Source of the DNA: Eledone cirrhosa | Lineage: Eukaryota | Length of the DNA stretch: 64,000 bases | NCBI GenBank assembly: GCA_964016885.1 | Contig: OZ024757.1 | Coordinates: 6,572,001-6,636,000, forward strand | Direction of reading: 5' to 3' | Shown here: piece by piece, positions 24,794-36,682 of the stretch | How positions within the stretch are numbered: the stretch's first letter is position 1 | Layout of the letters: every line of letters starts with the position of its first letter | Notes under the pieces: model-generated | The model's database searches: none | What the model was told of the DNA's origin: nothing | The model's input: only the letters and a program-made list of their open reading frames with translations | Program-made: the position numbers and the translations under genes

Positions 24794-27700
24794 CATCATC
24801 ATCGTTTAACGTCCATCTTCCACGCTAGCATGGGTCAGACGGGAAATGATCGGGTGACCGTGTCTCGCTCGTATACGACTGTATCTGGCAGGTTTGCTAC
24901 AGTTGGATGCCCTTCCTTACACCAACCACATTTCCAGAGTGGACTGGGAGCCTTTTCGTGATGACACCTACACTACCTCTTTAGTTTGGACTGGATGTTG
25001 TGGTACCAACATAACTTTACAGAGACAGAGTGGTGTTGGTGGGAGTGGGGGGATGGAGTAGGGGTGTATATTTGGTTAGGAGGGGCCTACTGACTGTAGG
25101 TTAACTTTGTACATAGGGAAGGCAGGTCTTCTGTGTTACTGTGTGGCACCATAGATCTCAATCCAGTAACACTGTCTAAGAGAGGTGTAAGTGTGCAAGG
25201 TTGGATTTTATGTCATCCCAGGTTTTACTGGGTCTACCTACTCCATAACTTCCATCAATTTTGTTCTCCCTGCACTTTTTTTTAAAGCCGTCATCTTTCA
25301 TGTGCATCACATGACCATACCAACGTAATCTTCTCTCAAGTAAACAGCATCTGATCCCTCTTATTCCTAATTCTCACTTAGTTTGTTTATGTTTTGCCGT
25401 TCATGTATATTACAATTACACGTCCAATGTAGCATGCATGCTTCATTCCTTTCCAATCTGTGCAGGTCCTCTGCACACAATGCCCATGTCTCACTGCCAT
25501 GTAACATTGCTGTTCATATGCAGGCATCATACAACCTGCCTTTCATTTTTAGAGAGAAACTTTTTGTGTCTAGCAGCGGTATAAGCTCTGAGCTTTTTCC
25601 ATCCTGTTCTAACTCTGACTACTACACTTTCAGAGCACCCTCCTCCACTGCTGATTTCGTCACCCAGGCAACGGAGTGTCCACTATTTCTATAGAACCAT
25701 CTGGGCAGTAGAAGGTGCTAGTATCCTGTGGGTACTTGCTGCTTATTTCATCTGAGCATCGGCTACATATAAAATCTACATTCTTAGATAGCTTACCTGT
25801 GATCTCACTACATCTTTTATGTACCCATAGTTTGCATTTGGGACATAGAATGGAATTTCTACCTACTCCTTTCCTACACACTGAGCATGGCACCAGTGCT
25901 CTATTTCCTTTTCTACATACTACACCTTTAGTCTTAGACAAGTTAACTTTAAGGCCTTTTGATTCAAGGCCATACCTCCATTTTGGGAATTTCTTCTCTA
26001 GTTTAGCCATAGATTCGGCTAGGAGAGTCAGTTCAGCTGCATATAAAAGTTGCCATGGGCAGCTGGTCTCAAACCCCTCTGTTATAGCTTGAAGGGCAAT
26101 AATAAACAAGAGGAAGCTAAGGATGGGGGTGCTGAACACCTACTTTTACACTAAACTCTTCACTATATTCATTGTTAATTCTAACCTTGCTGACTGTTTC
26201 TATATACATGGCTTGTATAGCTCTCACAAGCCATTCATCTACTCCTACATTTCTAAGGGTCCACCAGATAATGGAGCGGGGGACTCTGTCAAAGGCTTTC
26301 TCCAAGTCAACAAAAGCTAAGTATAAGGGGTTTACTTTTAGCTAGGTACTTCTGTAGTTGCTGAACAAGAAAATAGCATCTGTGGTACTTTTACCTGGCA
26401 TGAATCCAAACTGCATTTCATCTAGATCTATTTGGTCTCTGATTAGTTGTGCTATAACTCTTTCTGTGACCTTCATGACCTTGTCAACTACCTTAATGCC
26501 TCTGTAGTTTCCCCTATCTAGGGCATCTCCTTTACCCTTGTAGCAGTTAACGATGATGCTGCTACGCCAGTCATCTGGTATGACCCCATTCTGTATTATT
26601 TGGTTTACTATCTGGGTGTCCATAGTATGTCCCACCATTCCATATGCTTTCAACATCTCAACAACTATCTCCAAAGGCTCAGCTGCCTTGCCCGTCTTCA
26701 TATCTTTGATTGCCTTACTTACTATACTACCATTAACTTGCACCGCTGGTCCTTCTATTGGATCAATTTGGGGTAGACTATCTTTTTCCCATTTATTCTC
26801 CTCACTTAGTAGTCTCTCGCAGTGACACTTCCAAGCTACCTTCTTATCAGTATCAGGGAGGGCAAGTACACCATTATCATTACAGACACACTTCTCCCTG
26901 ACAATATCACGGTTTTCCTTGACACTTTGTATTGCGATCCTGAACACCTCACGTTGTAGAACATGCTTGAACTTTCTATTCTCTGCTTCCCTTCTTGCAA
27001 AGTACAATTGTCTCCTAGCCACCTAATAGTATTCTCTACTTTCCCCATCCCACAATACTTTCCAAGCCTGATTGTCTCCTCCACCTCCAAGTTACTCTCC
27101 TCCTGCCTATAGGTCTGCTCCAGCAACAGATTTCATCTGTCGCCTTCAGTAGGTTAACTTTCAAGAATACCCACTGTTCCTCTATATTGTATGTCTCTAA
27201 TTGCACCTCTTTACTGTCAAAAGCATTAACTAATATGCTTTTAAATTTGTTACTGGCTGTGAGGTCCTTCAACTTCCATCTTCTCCTCAAGATAGTCCTC
27301 CTCTGTCGTCGAGTACGTCTAGTCCTGACTGTGAGGTCACTAACTACTAAGCTATGTAGGGAGGTGAATTCTTCACAGAGGAGGGACTTAGTGTTTACAA
27401 CAGACACTCTGTCATGTCTTCTAGTAAGGATATCGTATATCGGGCTGGCGTGTTCCCCTGATCTACAGGTGATGAAGTGGTTTTCTCATTTTTGAAGTTT
27501 GTGTTACAGATAGTTAGGTTATTAGTGTCACAAAATTCCAGGATCCTGAAGCCTTCCTCATTTCTAGTACCAAACCCATAGCCTCCATGGATTCCATCAT
27601 AGCCATCCCTATGTTGTCCAACGTGAGCATTTAGATCACCAGCAATAATTATGCAGTCACTGTCTATTATTTGGGAGGAAGTGAGCATTAGCAAATCATA

Positions 27701-27975
27701 GAACCTGTCTTTTATAACGTCAAGTAGACCAGATTGGGGTGCATAAGTGGATATTAGAGTCATAGTTGTTCTATTTACAACTAGTCTTATTCTAATTATT
27801 CTGTCGTTCACTCTATTTATGGCAATTACCTTATCTACCCATTTCTCTGCTAACATAATTCCTACTCCACCCAGCCCTTTGTCATTTCCCATCCAGAAAA
27901 GTTTATAGCATCTTTTTTTACCCACAATGAATCTAGCAGACCCACCCCTGCACCTAGTCTCTTGAACACACACAT
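24794..27975 (-). mobile_element. Long decayed RTE-clade LINE (APE endonuclease, RT, PHD-like insert, 3' tail)
   Basis: Peptides CVQETR..GVGIML..YAPQ..AGDLNAHVG (APE) and NYRGIK, EMQFGFMPGKSTTDAIF, MEKAFDRVPR (RT). Multiple frameshifts; (CAT)n tail at 24794. Confidence 0.93.
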
Positions 27976-27981
27976 ATATAT

Positions 27982-29437
27982 CTATACCTTGACTTTGCGA
28001 AAGCTTTCAATTCTGTGCCACACAAAAGACTTATGGCAAAACTCTCTGCAATGGGTGTGAAGGATGATATTTTTAACTGGTTGAAGTCCTTCATTCTCAG
28101 TCGAAGAGAGGTAGTCACGGTTCTGGGACAGCATTTCTCACCATATGAGATGTAATCTGGTGTACCACAGGGATCTGTTCTGGCCCCCTTTTGTTTGTGG
28201 CATATATTAATGACACAGATGCCAACTTAAAGAATGCCACAGTACTAAAGTACACAGATGACATCAACCTGTACCTTGAGATAAAAAGGACTGATCCTGA
28301 ACACTATAGATCTTGCTTGCAGTCTGACCTGGACACAATGCAGCAATGGATCACAGACTGGCAACTCAAGCTAGCTGCATTTTGGGATTAAAAACCCAGC
28401 GTCCACATACTCCCTCCACAGCACTAATATCAAGAAGTCTTCTTGTGAACATGACCTGGGCATTACGGTCAGCAGCGATTTGCGTTGGACGAAGCACATC
28501 TCTTAAATTGTCAAGAGGGCCGAGGGTGTCTTAGCATCACTCAGCAAGACCTTTGTCAGCCGCTCTCCAGATATCTATTTAAGGCTGTATACAGCTATGG
28601 TGTGGCCACACTTAGAATTTGCATCACCAGTCTGGAACCCCTATCTTGCTCAGAACATTGACCGCCTGGAAACTGTTAAGAGACGTGCAACCAAGTGAAT
28701 ACCCTCCATCAGGCATCTACCATACTCTGAACGCCTTGCTTCCCTGGGCATGGATTCATTGAAGCTCCGACGCCTGGCAACTGACTTGGTAAACACCCAC
28801 AAAATTGTTAACCATCTTGCCAACAACAACCCTGAGCACCTTTTTGATTTCCATGTGTCTAACACACGCGGGCAAGCCCACAAAGTCAGAAAACAGCACA
28901 GTTCCCATGACTTTCGGAAACATTTTTTCACGCTCAGAGTTGTTGAAGCATGGAACAAACTACCTGCATCAGTTGTTAGCTGTCGAGACACTGCATCCTT
29001 TAAAACCTCCATGGAACAAACTACCTGCATCGGTTGTTAGCTGTCAAGACACTGCATCCTTTAAAACCTCCATGGAACAAACTACCTGCATCAGTTGTTA
29101 GCTGTCGAGACACTGCATCCTTTAAAACCTCCATGGAACAAACTACCTGCATCGGTTGTTAGCTGTCGAGACACTGCATCCTTTAAAACCTCCATCAGTT
29201 GTTAGCTGTCAAGACACTGCATCCTTTAAGGCCTCCATGCTTCCCGAGATTCACCAACACTACACCTAATGTTCCCCCTCCATACACATAGACACTTGTA
29301 TATCATGACTCATACACTATTCATTTCCCTGACATTTGTTTATTTTTCTATGTTCTATACATATACCTTTGACGAGTTGTAGTGCACCTGAGCACTGTAC
29401 ACAATAATTTCATTATTATTATTATTATTATTATTAT
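27982..29437 (+). mobile_element. 5'-truncated CR1-clade LINE (RT and C-terminus) with (ATT)n tail
   Basis: YLDFAKAFNSVPH, GVPQGSVLAP, YTDD, LEFASPVWNPY and RKHFFTLRVVEAWNKLP; ends TCATTATTATTATT. Confidence 0.9.
28949..29240. repeat. 61-bp tandem amplification inside the CR1 3' end (4 copies plus a partial)
   Basis: CATGGAACAAACTACCTGCATC..TAAAACCTC starts at 28949, 29010, 29071 and 29132. Confidence 0.9.
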
Positions 29438-29529
29438 ATATGATTTCTATATATCTATACATTGTTGTCCAAAGGTATGGCTGAAACAGGTTGACACCAA
29501 TGATGTCACAGCTCATCATTTAATGTCCA

Positions 29530-30226
29530 CTCTAAGGTCAGGGATGTTGGGATTCGTTACAAAAATATCACTAAAACCAAGATACAGGGTTGGTATAACT
29601 ACCTGGTTTGTATGTGTTGTGGTGTGGTATGTGTTGGATGTGGTGTGGTGTGGTATGATGTGTGTCTGTTGTGTGGGATGGGGTGTATATTGTGGTGTTT
29701 TGATGTGGTGTGTGTGCAGAGTGATGTGTTGTTGTGTGAGTGTAGTGTATAGAGGACATTTTACAAACATTGGACTGATAAGGGGTGTGTGAGGACTCTA
29801 CCCCCTACAACCCACTCAGAAATAAATGGGTGAAGAAAAAGAGAAGAAAGTTGTAAAGTATTTTCAAATGTGAATTATTTTTTTTTTAAAAGTCATAATT
29901 TCAACTGTCATGAAAGTACCATCCAACAAATATTAAAGTTATAGAATTGGTTTTATTTACACATGTGGATATTTTGTCAGATATAAACCAGTTAAGGTTT
30001 ACAAAATAAACACATAATTCTTTTGTTTTGTTTTTTAATGATGGAGTCATAAGAATGTCACTGTGGACATTTGAAGCTTGGTGGAGCCCTTCACGCTACA
30101 GGTTTGTACAGTTTATTTCTTCTAGAGAAGGAGAGAGAATGAGAGAGAGGAAGTGAGATAGAAATATAGAGAGGAAGAACAGACCCAAGTGGTAGACTGG
30201 TATTGTTTTTTATCAACCTTGAATGG
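29530..30226. repeat. Segment duplicated in inverted orientation at ~62000-62925
   Basis: For example, GAGGACTCTACCCCCTACAACCC..GTTGTAAAGTATTTTCAAATGTGAATT is the reverse complement of 62360-62455. Confidence 0.88.
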
Positions 30227-30379
30227 AAATATATGACAACATAAGACTGATTTTTGACGAAGAAAATTCAAGCATATATTATATATATGAATAATTCAAT
30301 CAGAGAGAGAGAGTGTGAGAGATGGGGGGAGGGGGAGAGAGATGTGTGTGTGTATAGAAATGTGTGTGTGTGTGTGTAG

Positions 30380-30722
30380 AAATATGTGTGTAGGTGTTGT
30401 AATAAATCAAGATATTTCACTTCAGATAGAAGAGTTCACAATGTTTGTGTTGTGGTGGAAAAGGAAATAATACGTACTTTAGTTCTCAAGACCAAATATA
30501 AAGTCAAGAAAAGTTAGTAAAAACTAAATGTTCACTGATTTCTGATTAAAATAATATTTTCCTGTCCTGTAAAATGTTGAACAACCACTTCAATATTTAA
30601 TAATACAGGTGATAAAACAACAACTATAAGGTAAATAAGTCACCTTATGTTATTTACAAACATTAACGTCCACCTTAATATGAAATAATCACCATAAAAG
30701 AGGAAGCGAGGGCATCGGCTAC
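30380..30722 (-). repeat. Inverted copy of the ZNF upstream cassette (matches 52645-52970 and 63940-64000)
   Basis: CATTAACGTCCACCTTAATATGAAATAATCACCATAAAAGA is the reverse complement of 52649-52690 and of the window end. Confidence 0.88.
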
Positions 30723-30778
30723 CGGCACCCGGGCTGCTCTCTCATCCTGAGTGGGATCTTCCAGCGTTGATGCATCAC

Positions 30779-31436
30779 CACGTTGATGCAAAACTTGGTT
30801 TTTCACTTTGGGATAATACACGTATTTGCAACTTATTTACGTTTATTTACGTTTAGCGTAATCGATTTGTTTCCATATCTCCACGCGTTTTATTTCATAG
30901 TCATAGTTATAAAATTAGAAAACTTTCTTTAAAAAAAAACTATTTAACGCGGGTAACTACAAGATAACCTTGTTTTGTAATACTGGCAGACATTGAAGAT
31001 TCTTTATGGATGGTTGATACTCAGCTGCCAGGAACACAGGATGTGGCAGAGTGTATAAGATTTGCCTGCTATTTCTAGCAACTTCAATGACCACATAATT
31101 GGTTTGTAATTTTGTTTTAAAGTGTAAGGGTTTACACAGCCATTTATGAATTTCTAAGAGATACGTTTACGATGAGATACACTTATTAAAAATACTTTCA
31201 TTGCATAGTTCCGTTCGTAAAGGCTTTAATTTACTGTACTACTCGGGAACCCTTTAATAACACACAGGATTAAGTCCATGTTTTTCAACCAATTAATGGT
31301 ATCTGCTGTAGTAGGGGTAGCGATGGAAATATGGCGATGATTAACTCCACGCTGGGGTATAATGTAGAATTCATATTATTCAACTTGCAAATCCGTGTAT
31401 TATCCCAAAGTGAAAAACCAAGTTTTACATGAACGT
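30779..31436. mobile_element. MITE-like element with ~52-bp terminal inverted repeats
   Basis: CACGTTGATGCAAAACTTGGTTTTTCACTTTGGGATAATACACG pairs with CGTGTATTATCCCAAAGTGAAAAACCAAGTTTTACATGAACGTG. Confidence 0.6.
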
Positions 31437-32751
31437 GGTGATTTCAAAGTTTATTTATTTACACATGGTGGTGGTGGGGATTGTGTGAGAGTCTGCATTG
31501 GTGGTGTTAGCGTAATCGATGTGTGTGCAAATCTACTCACTTTACTGTATCCATGCTATTGAAACATTATTGAAATATATAAATATATTTTCATTTGAAA
31601 ACAAATCGATTACGCTAACTTGTTTTCTAATTTGATATACAGAGCGAAATAAATATATTTTCATTGATTACTACGCTAACGTAAATAAACATTAATAAAC
31701 CCGTGGTGATACGGAAATAAACGAAGGTTGACGAATGACGTCACATTCTTCTACTTTCACTTCTGACAGCCAATTCCGTTGTAGTGCTTTTAAGTTTACC
31801 GTTAGGCATATATTTTATATTTATTAAGAGTTTCTGATGAAATGGTTTGATTTAAATGTATTGTAAGTTGATTTATACTTCTCCAGTATTAGTAATTTAT
31901 AGACAATTCCACCATGGAAACAATTGTAAGACTATAATTAAATACCCTTGATTGTTTTGTCAACCATGTTATTCTTAACTTTGTTATTACTCCAAGATAT
32001 ATTTACATAGGAAGACAAGCACAATTGTCCCCGTAGTAAACATCTTGTTGAGTCCCATACTACCGTGTGCTTAAACTGTCCATGAGACGTTTTCGTAGAC
32101 TCTTATCGGATTACCTTTAACATTTTATTGTTATACTACATATATATATATATAAATGAAAAGTATAGAAATTATTGTAGCAAGAAGCCAACAGTATTCC
32201 ATAATATATAAGTGACTATAGCGTCAAATATATATATATAAATACACAAAAATACACATACACACACATATCCATATATATATATACACACAAATACGCA
32301 TATACATGCGTATACACATACATATAAGCGCACGTAGACACAAACATAGACATACATACATACATACGGCCACTCATACAAATACGTACATACATACACT
32401 CATAAATATACACATATACACTCATAAATATACACATATACACACACACATATACAGTATAAAGATGAAGTACGCTCCACATGCGAAAAATGATTGTATC
32501 TTCATTTGTGTATATGTATATCTATATGTGAGTATAATTAGGTGTGTATAAATATGTGTATCTGTGTGTACATATGTGTATATTTATATATGTGTTCTTA
32601 TATAGATGTGTGCACATCTGGATATATGTTCAGTGTCTGCTCTAGCTCTCAGAGTAAAAATCCCATTTTGAGGTCCATAAATGAAATACTGATTCTGTCT
32701 GTTTGTCATTGTGTGTCTACTCTCTCTCTCTCTCGCTCCCTCTCTCTCTCT

Positions 32752-32823
<72 letters not shown>

Positions 32824-32922
32824 ATTATATATATATATATATATAACAAAGGAAGTGTGGTAAGGAACCAGGTGGACCATAACGCACCAGAGTACTCAAT
32901 ACGTAGAGTAGTAGAGTGGGAA

Positions 32923-33034
32923 ATAGGAAAAAGTATGGCCCCGACGGCAGAGCTCAAGCCGTTTCGACGGCTATTTCTGGACTCGAAGTAGCCGTCGAAA
33001 CGGCTTGAGCTCTGCCGTCGGGGTCATACTTTTT

Positions 33035-33039
<5 letters not shown>
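32923..33039. repeat. Fold-back palindrome (55-bp arms, 7-nt loop) carrying the 3' half of an HHR
   Basis: Centre at 32981. The arm reads GTCGAAACGGC-TTGAGCTCT-GCCGTC-GGGGTCAT. Flanked by (TA)n. Confidence 0.9.
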
Positions 33040-33103
<64 letters not shown>

Positions 33104-33731
33104 AATTATAATTGAATATAAAAGAAAACCGAACACAGATATATACATATATGTGTTCAAATCGCAAGGGGCCAGATTCGCCAAGGTGAAAAGAATACTA
33201 ACTATAGACAATAGGGTTCGCTTGTCTCAATTTAAGAATAAATCAAGAAAATAAATACAAATCGGAATTGTGGTAACTACCAATCACCCAGACAGCTCTT
33301 GGTGCTGTTTCGCAATATTAATTGGGAATAGAAATACCAATTCTTGCTCATCAGTGGGTGATGAATTAGTATCCTAGACACTTCTAAGTATATTAAGTAA
33401 CTGAATAGTGTGCTATATATAACAACGCACATGGTATCTTAGCGTGTCTCACAAACTTACACCACCAAAAATAGCAGCCAGGTTTATTCGACATTTGAAA
33501 TAGCTCAACAAATTAACGGAGCCGAATATATCAAAGGTATATATTGAGTTAGGAACTCAAAATAGTCTCTTACAATAAAATAGCTCTAAGAAAGAGATTT
33601 TTCCGAGCCGTATATTATAATTGAATATAAAAGAAAAACGAACTCAGATATATACATATATGTGTTCAAATCGGTTTGTATTTATTTTCTTGATTTATTC
33701 TTAAATAGAGACTGGCAAACCCTATTGTCTT
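33104..33731 (-). mobile_element. Penelope-like/retrozyme pLTR remnant with direct and inverted partial repeats
   Basis: Direct repeat 33105-33164 vs 33615-33673; inverted repeat 33206-33264 vs 33672-33730; contains a complete HHR. Confidence 0.6.
33283..33362 (-). ncRNA. Type I hammerhead ribozyme, canonical, GUC cleavage site
   Basis: Minus strand: AUCACCCA-CUGAUGA-GCAAGAAUUGG..CCAAUUAAUAUUGC-GAAA-CAGC-ACCAAGA-GCUG-UC^UGGGUGAU. 8-bp stem I; stems II and III also pair. Confidence 0.88.
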
Positions 33732-34474
33732 GGCGCACCTGAAGCCTGTTATACCTTCCTAGAGTGCTTGGAAAAATTGATTTCCATATCTTTCGCTAGG
33801 CGATATCCCTCGGAAGGGCTGACACGCGGTAAGGTTGGGCCGGCGGAGCCTGAAGTCGCCGCATGCTGTTTGACTGCTAAACAAAGACATAATCTTTACT
33901 CTATAATACAATTTAAGTTTCTTCATAAAAGACTCTTTCTTTACTTAAACCTCACAAATTTTAAACTGTTTAATTTTCAATTTTCTAATTTCTTAAATTT
34001 TATAATGTTAACATTAAATATTAAATTTGTGTAACTTCATCCTATAAATCTAAACACAAATTTAACATTCCAATCTTCTGCTCACACATTGTAATATGCA
34101 GACCCCCACTATATTTACCTCTGTTAAGATACGGGTCCTTTAGAATAACATTTTTTCGTGCCACTCCTGGCCTGGCGAGCTTGACATTAGTACGGACTTC
34201 TCTTCCTCTTTCTTTCTGTCTTTCTTCTTGTAGCTCAACATTAACGCTGGCTTTTCTTCTTCTTCCTTTTCTTCCCCTTTCTTTCTGTCTTTTTTCGTGT
34301 AGCATGATATTAACGCTGACTTATCTTCCTCTCCCTTTCTATTTGACCGTGAGGGTAGTAGCACACTAAACGCTTTACCCCCCTCACCAGATGGCCTCAA
34401 GTAGACTGAATAGCCAACACTTTAGGGCGACCGGCTGAAGTGGAAGATGGCGGCCCGCGTTCCAAAATATATTA

Positions 34475-34504
34475 TGCTGTGCAACGCCGGGTACCACTGC
34501 TAGT
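34475..34504 (+). mobile_element. Possible Helitron-type terminus
   Basis: GTGCAACGCCGGGTACCACTGCTAG followed by T: a GC-rich subterminal motif and a CTAG end. Confidence 0.35.
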
Positions 34505-35191
34505 ATATATATATATGTATATAAGAGGGTCTTAACGTTTACCCGACAACCACTTCAACACCTATTGATCAGGTGAGCATGCCAGTCTGATTTTTATCCT
34601 CACCAGGAGATATTGACATTTGTAAACACACAATCCCCACCCCCTGGGGAAGAATGCACCTCCCAACATAACCCAGTAGTTAGTGACTTCATAGATTTAG
34701 ATAAACTTGAAGACTGAATGCAACCTGGAAGAGAAGGATATGGAAGTTAAAGGACCCCTCAGCCAGTTCTAAATTTAAAGATATTTTGTTTGATCTTTAC
34801 AACAGTAAGGAAGAACAAATAGAAACATACAATATAGGGGAACAGTGGGAGTTCCTGAGAGAAACTTTGCTGAAGGTGTCAAACTAGATCTGTGGCTGGA
34901 GCAGGGCTTCAGAGAGAAGGAGAGTAACTTGGTGGTGAAACAGTAGGGTAGATAAGACAGTTAAGGCCAAGAGACAGGCATGGAATAATGGCAGAATAGG
35001 GGAATCTGGAGGGTACACTACCAGGAAGCTAGGCAAGAAGTATTCTTTGCAAGGAGGGAAGCAGAGAATATATAATTTCAGCTGGTTTTATGATGTGAGG
35101 ATGAAATACATGAGATGTTCAGGATTATGAGGGAAAATTGTGATGTTGGGGTAAAGTGTGTCCAGGATGATAAAGGGGCACTGACACTGAA

Positions 35192-35390
35192 TAGGGTCAG
35201 CTGAAAAGTTCATAGGCAGACCAAGATACTCTCATGGAATGACCAAATGAGGTTTAATTTTCAATATAGTCCCTGGAAGGAAACAATGCAGTTATTAATA
35301 AGAAGAGTTGAAATTAATGCAGGCAAGATTTCACAGCTCTAGCATCATGCTATCATTGATAGTCTATGAACTTTTCAGCCAACCTTTGTA
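35192..35390. mobile_element. Mariner-like MITE nested in the RTE
   Basis: TIRs AGGGTCAGCTGAAAAGTTCATAGGC and GTCTATGAACTTTTCAGCCAACCT. A left end of the same family lies at ~50785-50840. Confidence 0.65.
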
Positions 35391-36465
35391 ACATAGAAAT
35401 TCCTTTATGAAAGATTACTGAATGAGGAGAATGCATGGGAGGAAGATAGTCTATGAAAAGTGGGCCCAACAGAGGGTCCAGCCATACAAGTAAGCAGTAG
35501 TGTAGTAAGGTAATTAAGGATATGAAGACAGAGAAAGTATCTTGTCCATTGGTGATAGTTGCTGAGATACTGAAAGTATCTGGGATGGTGGGTCACATCT
35601 TAACCACTGGTATCGTACAGCATGTAATACAAAATGGTGTCATACCAAATAAATGGTGTAGTATCATCATCATCAACTGCTACAAGGGCAAATGTACTAG
35701 AGCTAGAAAACTATAGAGACATTGGATGGACCAGTTCATGAAGGTGTTAGAGTTATAACACAGCTGATTAGGGACCAAGTTAACCTAGATGAGATGAAGT
35801 TTGGATTTGTGCCAGGTAAAAGTACCACTGATGTCCTCTTCCTTGTGTGGCAACTGCAAGAGCAGTACCTAGCTAAAATAAGCCCCTCTACTTGGCATTT
35901 GTTGACCCAGAGAGAGCTTCTGTGAGACTTCCCCGTTCCATAATCTGGTGTGTAACTTAGAAAACTAGGGATATATGAGTGGCTTGTGAGAGCAGTAAAA
36001 GCCATGTATGGAGGAGCAGTCAGTAAGGTTAAAAGTAATGATGGCTATAGTGAAGAATTGAGTGGGCAAGTCTATCAGGGCTCTGTTATTAACCCTCTTC
36101 TGTTTATTATCATCCTGCAGGCTATTACATAAGAGTTGAAGACTGGCTGTCCATGGGAACTCCTGTATGCACATGATTGAACCCTTGTACCTTAATCTAT
36201 GGTAAAATTAGAGGAGAAATTCCAAACCTGGAAGCATGGCCTAGAATGAAAATGTCTTAAAGTTAACTTGGCAAAATAGAAAGGAAAACAGGGTCTTTAC
36301 CCCCTCAAGAAAATGGCCTTGCTCAGTCTAAAGGAAGAATTTCAAACTATGGATAAACAAGAGATGTAGTTGGATCTCAGTAAGGTTAGCAAAAGAATGT
36401 AGATTTTGTATGTTCTTGATGCACAAGAGCAATAAGTAGCAACAGCTCACAAAAAACAAGCTACT

Positions 36466-36682
36466 TTAACCTTTTAGCATTTACATTACTCTGTATATAC
36501 TATTGTATTTTTGTGGTAAATACTTTATCTTACATAATTATCTCACATAATATCGAATCTATGAGATTTTGATATTATTTATATTGAGAACAATACCTTA
36601 ATGTCGGTATGAGTGGCCAGTTATGGCTGGTTTGAACAGAAAGATGTGAGAGTATTCTGGCTGGATATGGCTGGTTTAAATA
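36466..36682. mobile_element. Possible piggyBac-like MITE nested in the RTE
   Basis: Begins TTAA-CCTTTTAGCATT, interrupts RTE homology and ends GGATATGGCTGGTTTAAAT. The right TIR is incomplete. Confidence 0.4.

Noticed and set aside
32075-32112. HHR-like CGAAAACGTC on the minus strand
   Set aside because: The CUGANGA box is mismatched and there is no stem I.
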